Source: Coriobacteriia bacterium
GTDB lineage: Bacteria; Actinomycetota; Coriobacteriia; Anaerosomatales; PALSA-660
Length of the DNA stretch: 64,000 nucleotides
Reading direction: 5' to 3'
Assembly (NCBI GenBank): GCA_030651905.1
Contig: JAUSBS010000017.1
Coordinates: forward strand, 2,932 to 66,931
The notes under the pieces are model-generated. The model ran no database searches. It was not told where the DNA came from and worked only from the letters and a program-made list of their open reading frames with translations. This document shows, piece after piece, positions 7,376-17,454 of this stretch. A program made the translations under genes and the position numbers. Numbering within the stretch: the first letter of the stretch is position 1; every line of letters starts with the position of its first letter.

Positions 7376-9283
7376 ATGCGCATCCCGGAACAGCGGGCGC
7401 CGGTACGACGCGTCACCGCACTGCTGCTGGTCGCGGCGCTCGCCATGAGCCTCCTGCCGGCGGGCTGCACCGGAGCCGGCGGCGCCGGCGGACGCGTATC
7501 GATCGACTACAAGGAGTCGCCGGCGGACGCCGCCGCGCGTCTGGGCAAGGTCCTCTCGGCCGCCACGACGGGCGATGAGGCCCGCGCCGCGGTCTACGAA
7601 GCACTCGCACGGACCGGCGTCGCCGTGAAGACCGTCGACGGCGACCCGCTGTCGATCACCGGTGACCGCAGGCTCACGCTGTGGCTGTACCAGGAGCAGG
7701 CGAACAACCTCGCGCTCGACCTCGTCGAGCACCAGGGCTGGACGCTCGCCACGTTCACGACCGCGATCTCGGAGCACCCCGAAGGACCGGGCTCAGCACT
7801 CGCCGAGAAGGCGCCCGAGGCGTTCGGGATCCTGTTGCGCGAGTGGGCCGCCGAAGCCGCCCGCAACCCCGACGACCCGTCGTCGTTCGCTCCCCTGCTG
7901 CTAGCCGAGATCGCCAAGGCGCGGGGCGGCCGCTCCGACTTCACCACCGGCACAATCACGCCCGACCAAGTCGAGCTCACCTACTTCGAGCTCGAAGTGC
8001 TCACCGCGGGAGCGTTCGCGTCCGAGGACGTCGGGGCGACGTCATGGCGGGATGGGTCCGCGGGGTCTGCTCTGGCGTCGCTGCTCGACGCGGCCGCCTC
8101 CCTCTTCGCGGTTGAGAAGGCCTACGCCGAGGATCCGTGCTCCTTCATCAAGGACACCTGGGGCAAGGACGCCGACAACTTCGGCCGCAAGGGCCTCGAC
8201 AGCATCTGGGGCGCGGCGACGGGCAAGGCCGGCGACTGGCTCACCGGCAAGGGCATGGGCGACCTCGTGGGCGGCATGAAGAGCCTCGCCGGTCCCATGA
8301 AGTGGGTCAACCTGCTCACCAACTTCATCTCGCTCTACGGCGGGTACAGCATCGAGGTGAAGTGGGACCCGTCGCCGACACACTGGCTCGCCTACGACGG
8401 GGACCACGGCAACGTGAAGCTCAAGGTCACGGCGACTGTGTCCGTGCGGCCTCAGGCCGATGACGCGACGCTCAAGTGCCTGAAGTTCGCCGGCATCGAC
8501 AAGCCGACCTCCGACTCGATCAAGAACGCGCGCGTGGAGTGGGTCGAACTCTCGGGTCTGCCGAAGCACGCGGTCATGGACCAGCTCGGAGGCGACAGGG
8601 TCGCTGGCGCGTTCGTGCAAGCCGTCGACGACTCCGGCAACGCGGTGCTGAACCTGACCATGTCCACAGAGAAGGACGTCAAGGGCAGGGACCTCGACAG
8701 GGTGAAGAAAGACCAGATCGTCATCCAGGCGGACGTCACGACCTACAAGCCGGACCCCAGCAAGCTCATGGCCGCCGCGATGTTCGGCGGCGTGAAGGGC
8801 GGCGTCACCGAGGTGATGAAGGGTTGGATCAACAAGTGGTTCCCGAAGCGCGTGGTCGCGCGCATCCCCGTCGAGTGGCACGAGCCGAACCGCTGGCGCG
8901 GCGTGATCGAGCCCGGCAACGGGACGCGCATCGTCTTCACGAGCCAAGGCGGGCTCGAGAGCATCTGGGACGTGAGGATCGAGGGCTCGCTCAACGGGGA
9001 GATGCCCATGACCGGGAAGTCAGCGGTCGACCTCACGCGCAGTGACGCGCAGTGCACCATCGTGGGGACCGGGAGCATGGCCGACGACGGGACGACGTTC
9101 AACACGACCGCCTCCTACACCTTCACGGGCGTGGCGATCGGCGGCACCCCGGACGTGCCCACGCTCGACTTCAGCGGCATCAAGATGAACGTGGACATCA
9201 CGACCGAAGGCGGCGGCGGCAACGCGGCAGGCGGAGGTGGCGGCAAGGTGGTCAGCATCCCGCTGGAGCCGTACAGCGAGTAG
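7376..9283 (+). CDS. large lipoprotein (about 635 aa), no recognisable domain
   Basis: ATG 7376 is preceded by GAAGGAGAG. MRIPEQRAPVRRVTALLLVAALAMSLLPAGC is a lipobox signal. The rest has no motif I recognise and ends in a Gly-rich tail (GGGGNAAGGGGGK). Confidence 0.7.
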   Translation: MRIPEQRAPVRRVTALLLVAALAMSLLPAGCTGAGGAGGRVSIDYKESPADAAARLGKVLSAATTGDEARAAVYEALARTGVAVKTVDGDPLSITGDRRLTLWLYQEQANNLALDLVEHQGWTLATFTTAISEHPEGPGSALAEKAPEAFGILLREWAAEAARNPDDPSSFAPLLLAEIAKARGGRSDFTTGTITPDQVELTYFELEVLTAGAFASEDVGATSWRDGSAGSALASLLDAAASLFAVEKAYAEDPCSFIKDTWGKDADNFGRKGLDSIWGAATGKAGDWLTGKGMGDLVGGMKSLAGPMKWVNLLTNFISLYGGYSIEVKWDPSPTHWLAYDGDHGNVKLKVTATVSVRPQADDATLKCLKFAGIDKPTSDSIKNARVEWVELSGLPKHAVMDQLGGDRVAGAFVQAVDDSGNAVLNLTMSTEKDVKGRDLDRVKKDQIVIQADVTTYKPDPSKLMAAAMFGGVKGGVTEVMKGWINKWFPKRVVARIPVEWHEPNRWRGVIEPGNGTRIVFTSQGGLESIWDVRIEGSLNGEMPMTGKSAVDLTRSDAQCTIVGTGSMADDGTTFNTTASYTFTGVAIGGTPDVPTLDFSGIKMNVDITTEGGGGNAAGGGGGKVVSIPLEPYSE

Positions 9284-9309
9284 CTTCGGCGCCTCTTTGC
9301 AGCGCTGCC

Positions 9310-10053
9310 CTACGTGATGTGCCCGAGGAAGTCCTTCGTGCGCTCCGACTTCGGATTGTCGAAGACCTCCTGCGGCGTGCCCTGCTCGTGGATGACGCCC
9401 TCGTCCATGAAGACGGCGCGGCTGCCCACGTCGCGGGCGAAGCCCATCTCGTGCGTCACGACGAGCATGGTCATGCCGCCGGCCGCGAGCTGCCGCATGA
9501 CGTCGAGGACGCCGCGGACCAGTTCGGGGTCCAGCGCCGATGTGACCTCGTCGAACAGCATGACGTGCGGGTCCATCGCCAGCGCGCGCGCGATGGCGAC
9601 GCGCTGCTGCTGGCCGCCTGAGAGCTGCGACGGGAAGTAGTCCGCGCGGTCGGCGAGCCCGACTTTGTTGAGCTGCTCCATGGCGATGCGCCCTGCTTCG
9701 GCCTTGCTGCGGCCCAGGACCTTGCGCTGCGCCAGCATGATGTTGCCGATGGCGGTCAGGTGCGGGAAGAGGTTGAAGCTCTGGAACACCATCCCGATCC
9801 GCTCGCGGACCTTGTTGATGTTCGTCTTTGGATCCGTGATCTCGATGTCCTCGAGGAAGATGTGGCCGCCTGTGGGCTGCTCAAGCTTGTTGATGCAGCG
9901 CAGCATCGTCGACTTGCCCGAGCCCGAAGGCCCGAGGATGACGACGACCTCGCCCTTCGTCACCTCGAGGTCGACGCCCTTGAGCACCTCGAGCGAACCG
10001 AAGGACTTATGCAGGTCCTGTATGCGCACGATGGGCTGGGTCACGGCCGCCAC
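9310..10053 (-). CDS. glnQ: polar amino acid ABC transporter ATP-binding protein
   Basis: Walker [10 protein letters not shown], signature [15 protein letters not shown], Walker [12 protein letters not shown]. The gene symbol is by family analogy only. Confidence 0.93.
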   Translation of the reverse strand: MAAVTQPIVRIQDLHKSFGSLEVLKGVDLEVTKGEVVVILGPSGSGKSTMLRCINKLEQPTGGHIFLEDIEITDPKTNINKVRERIGMVFQSFNLFPHLTAIGNIMLAQRKVLGRSKAEAGRIAMEQLNKVGLADRADYFPSQLSGGQQQRVAIARALAMDPHVMLFDEVTSALDPELVRGVLDVMRQLAAGGMTMLVVTHEMGFARDVGSRAVFMDEGVIHEQGTPQEVFDNPKSERTKDFLGHIT

Positions 10054-11444
10054 CCCTTATCAGACGTCTCGCCTATCGCATCGGCGTCCCCGGCGATGCT
10101 CGCACCTGCGCGATAGGGGTCCACGGACAGCGCGAGCGGCCCGAAGAACCCGCGGCGCTTCTTGTTGTCGGGCGGCGCCTGACCGTGCTCGGACTGCGCG
10201 AGCTTGGCCTCGAGCATCCCGACCATGTTGATGAGCGGGATCGTGATGATCAGGTAGTAGCCCGCCGCCACCACGTACGGAGTGAGGTTCGCCACGCGCG
10301 CGACGTAGTTGTTCGCGTACATCATCAACTCGAAGATGCCGATCGCGGCGAAGAGTGCGGTGTCCTTGAACAGCAGGATGAACTCCGAAGTCATCGTCGG
10401 CAGGACGCGCTTCACCGTCTGCGGGATGATCACGTACTGCATCGACTGGCGATACGTCATGCCCAGGGAACTGGCGGCCTCGAACTGTCCCTTGCTGATG
10501 GACTGGATGCCCGCGCGGAAGATCTCCGCGAGGTACGCCGAGCTGTTGATGGCAAGCACGGCGACCGCGCTCACGAAGTCACTGGCGCGGAAGCCGGCGA
10601 TCCGCAAGCCGATGAACACGACGAATATCTGCAGGAACAGCGGCGTGCCACGGATCACGTTGATGTAGATGGCGGAGATCCAGCGCACCGGAGCGATCTT
10701 CGACATCTTCATGAACGAGATGGCCAGACCGCCCACGATGGCCAGGGGGAACCCAAGGCCCACCATCGCCAGCGCCATGAGCCAGCCGGCGAACAGTAAA
10801 GGTGTCGATGTCACGAGGAGCTGCGGCTTGAAGAACATGCCGAGCGCCTTGATGGAGTTCCAGCTCGTTATCGCCGGCTGCTTGTCCATCCAGCGCGAGA
10901 TGACCTCGGCGGTGGGCGGTGTGAGGTACGAGAAGCGCATCGTGTCGTCCGTGCGCGTGACACTGCCCGAGCCGGCCGTACCGGTGGTCTCTGCGGTGTA
11001 GGACACCTTGAGCGCGTACGTGCCGCCCTTGATGGGCGTGTCGACGTTGCGGATCTGGATGCGCAGGCTGCTGTCGGGCGCGATTGCCGGATCGAACGCC
11101 ACGCTGAGCGTCTCGCCCTTCACGGTCCCCGTGGGAGCGTTCTTGACGCGGCGCAGCCCCTCGAGCGTCACGACGTCGTAGTCGTACTTCGTGGGATCCG
11201 GCCCCGTCAGCTTCATGTTCGTCAGGTCGAACCCGGTCGGGAACATCAGGTCCATCGACGAGATGGCGGCGTCCTTGTCCGTCTGGACGACGACGGTGAA
11301 CCGTGTGGGCTGACCGCCCGTCTCCTCGTCGACGGTGACCTTGGCGCTGGTGAGCGCGAACGCCGGAGATGCGACACCGACAGTCAGCATCACGGCCAGA
11401 AGCGCAACGAGCACGATTCGCGCGGTGCGAGATGTGCGTTCCAT
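10041..11444 (-). CDS. amino acid ABC transporter permease fused to an N-terminal secreted, non-binding-protein-like domain
   Basis: The C-terminal roughly 250 aa are a HisM/GlnP-type permease ([30 protein letters not shown]). The N-terminal roughly 200 aa begin with the signal peptide [30 protein letters not shown]. They continue as a beta-rich domain ([23 protein letters not shown]...). Confidence 0.85.
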   Translation of the reverse strand: MERTSRTARIVLVALLAVMLTVGVASPAFALTSAKVTVDEETGGQPTRFTVVVQTDKDAAISSMDLMFPTGFDLTNMKLTGPDPTKYDYDVVTLEGLRRVKNAPTGTVKGETLSVAFDPAIAPDSSLRIQIRNVDTPIKGGTYALKVSYTAETTGTAGSGSVTRTDDTMRFSYLTPPTAEVISRWMDKQPAITSWNSIKALGMFFKPQLLVTSTPLLFAGWLMALAMVGLGFPLAIVGGLAISFMKMSKIAPVRWISAIYINVIRGTPLFLQIFVVFIGLRIAGFRASDFVSAVAVLAINSSAYLAEIFRAGIQSISKGQFEAASSLGMTYRQSMQYVIIPQTVKRVLPTMTSEFILLFKDTALFAAIGIFELMMYANNYVARVANLTPYVVAAGYYLIITIPLINMVGMLEAKLAQSEHGQAPPDNKKRRGFFGPLALSVDPYRAGASIAGDADAIGETSDKGWRP

Positions 11445-11550
11445 GCGATCTCCCAACGAACAGCCGGGTGAAACGGAAGGGACCCCCGCCCAGGAGGCGG
11501 AGGCCCCATGCCGTACACGTACTGTAGCGTTTCAGCGGCGAGCGGTGAAC

Positions 11551-12378
11551 CTACTCAGGATCGACGCCGAACCACTTCTTGTAGATGGTGCCGTACTCGC
11601 CGGACGCCTTGACCTTCGCGAGAGCGTCATTGATGGCGGCCTTCAGCTCAGGATTGTCCTTGCTGATGGCGAAGCCGTACTGCTCGCCCGTCGGGATCTG
11701 GGCGATCATGGCGAGGCCCTTGGTGGTGTCCTTGACCATCTCGGCGGTGACGGGCAGGTCGTTGACGACCGCGTCGACATTGCCGGCCTGCAGGGCGGAG
11801 AACGCCTGGACCGCGTCCTTGAACGGGACCAGCGTGGCGCCGGCGGGCTTCAGGTTCTCGGTGGCCCACGACTCACCGGTGGTGCCGGACTGGACGCCGA
11901 CCTTCTTGCCGCTCATGTCGGCCGGAGCGGCGTACTTGCCGCCGGTCTTCATCGCGAGCGACTGGTTGGAGTCGAAGTACGGGTCGGAGAAGTCGATCTC
12001 GAGCGCACGCTCAGGCTTGATGGTCATGCCCGACGCGATGACGTCGAACTTGCCGCCGGCCTTCAGAGTCGGGATCAGCGTGTCGAAGATCTCCGTCTTG
12101 AAGACTGTCTTGGCGATGCCCATCTCCTTGGCCATGGCGTTCAGGAGGTCGACATCGAAGCCCTCGGCCACATCACCGTTCATCGACTCGAACGGCGGGA
12201 ACGAGGTGTCGGAACCCGCGGTCAGCTGACCGGCGGTGACGAGCTTCAGATCGACGGCCGGCTTCTCTTCCGTGGTTGCCGGCTTCTCGGTGGTCGTACC
12301 GCAACCAGCGAGACCGATGACCGCGAACGCGAGAGCCGCGATCAGGACGAGCGAGAGAACTTTTCCGTACTTCGACAT
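11551..12378 (-). CDS. amino acid ABC transporter substrate-binding lipoprotein (family 3)
   Basis: MSKYGKVLSLVLIAALAFAVIGLAGC is a lipobox signal. The body is typical of PBP type 3 (GFDVDLLNAMAKEMG, DVIASGMTI, YGFAISKDNPEL). Start taken at ATG 12378. Confidence 0.88.
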   Translation of the reverse strand: MSKYGKVLSLVLIAALAFAVIGLAGCGTTTEKPATTEEKPAVDLKLVTAGQLTAGSDTSFPPFESMNGDVAEGFDVDLLNAMAKEMGIAKTVFKTEIFDTLIPTLKAGGKFDVIASGMTIKPERALEIDFSDPYFDSNQSLAMKTGGKYAAPADMSGKKVGVQSGTTGESWATENLKPAGATLVPFKDAVQAFSALQAGNVDAVVNDLPVTAEMVKDTTKGLAMIAQIPTGEQYGFAISKDNPELKAAINDALAKVKASGEYGTIYKKWFGVDPE

Positions 12379-12569
12379 CTCTCCTCCTTCTAGGTGATTC
12401 CGCCGCCCGCATCCCCACACATCCAGCGTCACTCGGGCGGCCGTGCGACACCGCATAAGATACACCAGTTATGCCTGTGCGCGTAAGCGCGAGGAGGCGG
12501 CGGTGGATGCTCTACACTTGGGCTCACACACGCCCGGGGAGCGGGCACCACCGAGCGGGACGGACGACA

Positions 12570-13799
12570 GTGCGCCACATCGTCATGATCAGTCAGATAC
12601 CGCTGTGGTCCATGGGGCGGTCTGTAGGCGGCCCTGCGTTCGAGCAGACGGTCCTGGGACTGTCGCGACACTTCCGCATCTCGCTCGTCCAGCCGCGCGT
12701 GGAGCACGTGGACACGAGCGACCTCCCGGACAACGTCACGCTCCACCCGTTCGAGCACCGCTTCCACGGACTGTGGCGTCAGGTGCGCAAGCTGGGTTGG
12801 ATCACCGACACGCTGGGGTGGTACTCCTTCGCCTCGTCAGCGTGGCCCATCGTTCGTGAACTGTGCGATGGGGGCGATGTGGACCTGGTGTACGGCTACG
12901 AGATCTACGGCGCACCCGTCGCCCGTCGCGCCGCCACTGCATTCGCCCTGCCCATGGTATCGCGCTTCCAAGGGACGCTGATGAGTGAGCGGCGGCACAT
13001 GCCGTTCTCGCGGATCAGGTTCCACAAGCACGTGGCCGGGCTTTCGACACCGGCCGATCTCGTGATCATGACGAACGACGGGACCCTGGGCAGAGACTAT
13101 CTTCTCTCGCTCGGTCACCCGGCGGAGCGGATCCGCTTCTGGATGAACGGGGTGGATCCATCGATCGCATGCGTGCCGTTCAACGATGCGAGACCCGCAC
13201 TCGGCGTACCGGCCGACGCGCCGATGCTCCTCACCGTCTCGCGTCTCTCGGGGTGGAAGCGGGTCGACAGGGCCATCCGGGCCGTGGGTGAGCTCTCCCG
13301 TCGCGGAGTGGACACGTACCTTGCGATCGCCGGAGTCGGCCCGGATGAGGGGCGCCTGCGAGCGCTGGCGGACGAGCGGGGGGTCGCCGAGCGGACGAGA
13401 TTCGCTGGCGCGGTGCCTCGCCACGAACTCGCATCGCTCTATCGATCCGCCGATCTGCTGCTGTCGCTCTACGACTACAGCAACCTGGGAAACCCCGTCA
13501 TCGAGGCGATGATGCTCGGACTGCCGGTCCTGGCCCTCGATGTCGGCGGAACGGGCGACCTCGTGAAGGACGGCGTCAACGGCGTGCTCGTGCCTGATGC
13601 GGATGATGCGGCGCTCCTCGCAGACCGGATCGGCGCGCTGCTGGTCAACCGCCCGGCGCTGCGGGAGTCCGGCGCGCGCGCTGCCGCGTGGGCGCGCGAG
13701 AACCTGTGGAGCTGGGACGAGCGGGTCCAGGCAGAGGCCGATGCACTCGGTGCGCTCATCGAGGCGCACAGCGCGAGTCAGGCCCGCCGCCAGGCCTAG
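12570..13799 (+). CDS. GT4-family glycosyltransferase
   Basis: C-terminal GT-B motifs are present (LLLSLYDYSNLGNPVIEAMMLGLPVLALDVGGTGDLV). The start is uncertain. I favour GTG 12570 (VRHIVMISQ) over the track's 12471 extension. Confidence 0.8.
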   Translation: MRHIVMISQIPLWSMGRSVGGPAFEQTVLGLSRHFRISLVQPRVEHVDTSDLPDNVTLHPFEHRFHGLWRQVRKLGWITDTLGWYSFASSAWPIVRELCDGGDVDLVYGYEIYGAPVARRAATAFALPMVSRFQGTLMSERRHMPFSRIRFHKHVAGLSTPADLVIMTNDGTLGRDYLLSLGHPAERIRFWMNGVDPSIACVPFNDARPALGVPADAPMLLTVSRLSGWKRVDRAIRAVGELSRRGVDTYLAIAGVGPDEGRLRALADERGVAERTRFAGAVPRHELASLYRSADLLLSLYDYSNLGNPVIEAMMLGLPVLALDVGGTGDLVKDGVNGVLVPDADDAALLADRIGALLVNRPALRESGARAAAWARENLWSWDERVQAEADALGALIEAHSASQARRQA

Positions 13800-14932
13800 C
13801 GGGGGTCGCGCCCTTCGAGCGCCACTCGGATCTCCTCGACCAGGCGTCTTCCTTCGGGTTCGAACGCGTACCGCTCCCGGACCGCAAGGAGCGCCTCTTC
13901 GCGCAGTCCCTCTGCGAATCCGTCATCCGTCAGCAGCCGGACGAGTGCGTCCGCGATGGCGGGGATGTCGTCAGGGTCGAAGAACAGACCGCCCTCGCCG
14001 TCGCTCGCCTCACGGATGTTGTCGAAGTCGCTTGTAAGGAACGGCACGCCGGCGGCCATGTAGTCGAACAGCTTCGACGGGACGTTGTGCCGGTTCTTCG
14101 GCGTGTCGGTCCAGATGGAGAAGCCGGCGCGCGCACGAGCGAGCTCCGCCCCTATGAGGTCGTATGACATCCGTCCGGTCGCTCGCGACCCCTCGGGCAG
14201 ATCCCTCAACGACGCGTCCTGCACCGGCCCGATGAGGAGCAGCTCGGCGTCCGGGACGCGCTTCCGGGCCAGCTCGAAGGACGCGACCATCGCGCCTGAG
14301 CCGCGGACCGCGGTGATCCCCCCGACGTAGGCGATCAGGCGCCCGCGATCGCGCATGGGCGCGCCCGCGTCGAAGAGGTCCAGCGGCGCATGGTTGCGCA
14401 CGAGCAGCGGCGAACGGCGGTGTCCTGCGAAGCGGTCCAGCAGGAACGTGTCGGCCACGAGGATGACGTCGACGCCTCGCGCCAGAGTGCGCTCGAGCCG
14501 ATCCACGAGCCATGCGACCGGCGCTCGCAGTGGCGACGGGATCCACTGCTTGATGCGGATCCACGAGGGGTAGTCCTCGTGCACGTCGTACACGGTCAAC
14601 GCTCCGCGACGCCCGACGATCAGGCGGAGCCACGGAAGCATCTCGGGGTCGTGGATGATGACGACGTCGGGCCCGTCCGCGAGCGCGGTGCGCAGCAGGC
14701 GTGGCCCGCTGAGGAATCGCCGGATCCGGGAGCGCGGCATGCCGAGGCGCCGGACGGAGAGCGTCCGACCGTCTCGGGTGGCGTCCACTGTGGAGTCGGG
14801 ACCGTCCTGGAGCACGTACAGCGTCGCATCGAACTCGTCGGCGAGCACGCGGCCCTCGCGGAACGTGATGCGGGCGTCCGTAGCGTCGTGGACGGACGTG
14901 CATATCGCGACACGGATGGCCGGCTGCGTCAC
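13796..14932 (-). CDS. GT4-family glycosyltransferase
   Basis: 378 aa, starting MTQPAIRVAICTSVHDATDARI, with PSKLFDYMAAGVPFLTSD at the C-terminus. It overlaps its neighbours by 4 nt at both ends. Confidence 0.85.
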   Translation of the reverse strand: MTQPAIRVAICTSVHDATDARITFREGRVLADEFDATLYVLQDGPDSTVDATRDGRTLSVRRLGMPRSRIRRFLSGPRLLRTALADGPDVVIIHDPEMLPWLRLIVGRRGALTVYDVHEDYPSWIRIKQWIPSPLRAPVAWLVDRLERTLARGVDVILVADTFLLDRFAGHRRSPLLVRNHAPLDLFDAGAPMRDRGRLIAYVGGITAVRGSGAMVASFELARKRVPDAELLLIGPVQDASLRDLPEGSRATGRMSYDLIGAELARARAGFSIWTDTPKNRHNVPSKLFDYMAAGVPFLTSDFDNIREASDGEGGLFFDPDDIPAIADALVRLLTDDGFAEGLREEALLAVRERYAFEPEGRRLVEEIRVALEGRDPR

Positions 14933-16101
14933 GAGGCCTCCCCCGCCAGGTCATCGAAGACCGCGAGCATCTTGGGCGCCTCGACCTCCCAGTTGTAGCG
15001 CGCGAGCGCGGCCGCGCGACCGCGAGCGCCCGCCGTGCGGGCGGCCTCGGGGTCATCGATGAGCGCGCGGACCGCGGCGGCGATCGCCTCCGGCGACGTC
15101 GGGTCGCTGATGAGCGTACCGCACCCAGTCTCGCGCACGACCCGGGCCATGTCGGGAAGATCCGTGGCAGCCACCGGGATCCCCGCCATCATGAACTCGA
15201 ACAACTTGTTGGGCGCGGCCGTCACGTATGACAGGCACGATCCCACGAGGGGGATGACGCCGACGTCGGCGGCGGCGGTGTAGCACATGAGCGTCCGAAA
15301 GGGCACGGGGTCGAAGAACGCAACGGCGTCGCCGAGCCCTTCGTCCTCGACCATCCTCACAAGGCGCGGCAGCAGGGCCCCGAATCCGACGATCGCGAGA
15401 CGGCACTCCGGAAGCAGCCGCATCGCTTCGATCATCTCCGGGATCCCGCGATTCGCGATGAGGACCCCCTGGTAGATCAGCAGGTGTCGACGATCGCCGA
15501 GAGCGATCCGGCGGAACTCCTCGTCCGAAAGGACCGTCTCCATGGTCTCGGGGACGTTCAGTACTACGACGGGTCGTGGGATGCCATGGATGCGCTCGAG
15601 CACGTCGGCGCGACCTTCGTCGCTGGTGATCACCGCGCAGCGCCTCGCAAAGAAGCGTTCATATCGTCGCATCGCCCACGCGTAGACCGGGTTCGCGGCG
15701 TGTACCTGGTTCCGGCCGGTCGCGAGTTCGTCGGAGTCGTAGACCATGCGTGCGCCCCGGAGCCTGGCCGCGACGTAGGTCGCGAGCAGCGGGTACGCGT
15801 CGCGAGCATCGTAGATGTCTGCCTTCTCTCGCCACGCGCACAGGAACGTCCGCCAGATCCCCTCGGCGAATCGCACGTACTTGAGGCCGAAACGGCGCGG
15901 CAGGCGGCGAGAGCGCAGCGTGACCCGTTTGACGACGTAGCCGTCGCGCTGCTCGAAAGCCGCCGTGTCGGCGTCCTTGATCGCGATCAGAACGACCTCG
16001 TAGCCGGATGCGGCCAGCGTGCGCGCGGCACGGTCGACGCGCGTCAGGAAGCTGGATGCGTTGTACTGGACGATGCAGACCTTCGCTCGAGGCGCGCTCA
16101 T
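14929..16101 (-). CDS. GT4-family glycosyltransferase
   Basis: 390 aa, with PNKLFEFMMAGIPVAATDLPDMARVV. Its start overlaps the upstream gene's stop by 4 nt (16098-16101). Confidence 0.85.
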   Translation of the reverse strand: MSAPRAKVCIVQYNASSFLTRVDRAARTLAASGYEVVLIAIKDADTAAFEQRDGYVVKRVTLRSRRLPRRFGLKYVRFAEGIWRTFLCAWREKADIYDARDAYPLLATYVAARLRGARMVYDSDELATGRNQVHAANPVYAWAMRRYERFFARRCAVITSDEGRADVLERIHGIPRPVVVLNVPETMETVLSDEEFRRIALGDRRHLLIYQGVLIANRGIPEMIEAMRLLPECRLAIVGFGALLPRLVRMVEDEGLGDAVAFFDPVPFRTLMCYTAAADVGVIPLVGSCLSYVTAAPNKLFEFMMAGIPVAATDLPDMARVVRETGCGTLISDPTSPEAIAAAVRALIDDPEAARTAGARGRAAALARYNWEVEAPKMLAVFDDLAGEAS

Positions 16102-17270
16102 CGGTTCGGACCAAGTTCGGCGTACATGTCGAGCAGGCCGCGACCGGCCGCCTCGATGCTGTAGAGCGTGCGTGACGCCTCGATCCCGGCCTTCGACAGC
16201 ACCATGGCCACCGCGGGATCGCGGACCTCGAGCAGTCTGGCAGCCAGGTCGGTAGGATCATCTGCGCGCGCCACGAGCCCCGCACCGCCGTCCTGGGCGA
16301 CCCGCTTGAGCCCGGCGCAGTCCGTGACGACCATCGGCAGACCCATCGACATGTACTGGAAGAGCTTGTGCGGAGCGGCGGACTCGGTCTGCACGACGCG
16401 CCGGAACGGGACAACCCCGACCGATGAGGCGGCGAGGCGGCTTCGCATCTCGTCGTTGTCCACCCACCCGGTGAACTCGTAGGCGTCAGGCGGAAGCAAC
16501 CGCCCGGCGAGAGCGCGCAGCTCGTCGTCGCCCGGTCCAGCGCCCATGATGACGAGACGAGCAACGGCATCGGCCGCACGAACGCCAGCGAACGCCTCGA
16601 TGAGCACATCGATGCCGCGATGGGGGCCGAAGCCACCGGCATAGACGACCGTGAACGGCTCGGACGGCCCGGCCCACATGAGCGCCCCGTCGTAGTCGTC
16701 GACGTTGCCGAAGACGACCAGGCGTCCGGCCCGTGCTCCGAGACCCCGTGCGCGCACGGCCATCTCCTCGGAGACGACGACGGTTGCGTCCGCGTTCGCG
16801 AGCGCCCACCGCTCGTATCGCTCGTAGCGCGCCGGCGTCTGGAAGAGTCGTGCCGCCGGGCGCCGGTTCCAGTGGCGGACAGCGTCTGCGTAGTTCTCAT
16901 GCATGTCGTAGACGAGGGGCAGACCGGCCCGGCGGGCGACGCCGAGCGCGGTGCGGACCGCCATCAGGTCGTGACAGTGGATGACGTCGGGGCGCACCTC
17001 ATCGACGTAGCGCTCGATCTCACGACGCACGAGGAGCTGCTCCCATGTGATGAGCGAGACCACGGCGCTGAGCTTGGATGCGAGCCACGGGGCGCGGCGC
17101 GGATACCGGTGCACCATCACACCCCCGACGTCCTCGCGCGGAGGACGCCCGTCGCGATCCGTGGTGAGCAGGTGCACCTCATGCCCCGAGCGCGCGAGCA
17201 GGCCCGCCTCCTTGCGCACGCGGATGTCAGGCGGGAACACGCCCCCGATGAGCAGCATCCCTATTCGCAT
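16098..17270 (-). CDS. GT4-family glycosyltransferase
   Basis: 390 aa, starting MRIGMLLIGGVFPPD, with PHKLFQYMSMGLPMVVTDCAGL. It is the first gene of a three-gene minus-strand GT operon. Confidence 0.85.
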   Translation of the reverse strand: MRIGMLLIGGVFPPDIRVRKEAGLLARSGHEVHLLTTDRDGRPPREDVGGVMVHRYPRRAPWLASKLSAVVSLITWEQLLVRREIERYVDEVRPDVIHCHDLMAVRTALGVARRAGLPLVYDMHENYADAVRHWNRRPAARLFQTPARYERYERWALANADATVVVSEEMAVRARGLGARAGRLVVFGNVDDYDGALMWAGPSEPFTVVYAGGFGPHRGIDVLIEAFAGVRAADAVARLVIMGAGPGDDELRALAGRLLPPDAYEFTGWVDNDEMRSRLAASSVGVVPFRRVVQTESAAPHKLFQYMSMGLPMVVTDCAGLKRVAQDGGAGLVARADDPTDLAARLLEVRDPAVAMVLSKAGIEASRTLYSIEAAGRGLLDMYAELGPNR

Positions 17271-17454
17271 GCCCGTGCGCTCTCCCGTCGTGCCGCGTCG
17301 AGACCAGGCATCGATTCTACAGAATAACCGAGGACGGCCGGTCGTCGCTCCGATGACGGGCGAGCAACGCCCGATGGAGCGCCACTGGCCCGCACGGGCC
17401 CTGTGATACCCTCATTCTCGCCTCGTCCTCGTCCCCGGCACGGTGGAGTGACTC

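Noticed and set aside
12471-12569. Upstream 33 codons of the first GT4 gene (track start at 12471)
   Set aside because: The segment is Arg/His-rich and lies in the divergent promoter gap. The family-typical N-terminus (xRHIVMISQ) begins at GTG 12570. The start remains uncertain.
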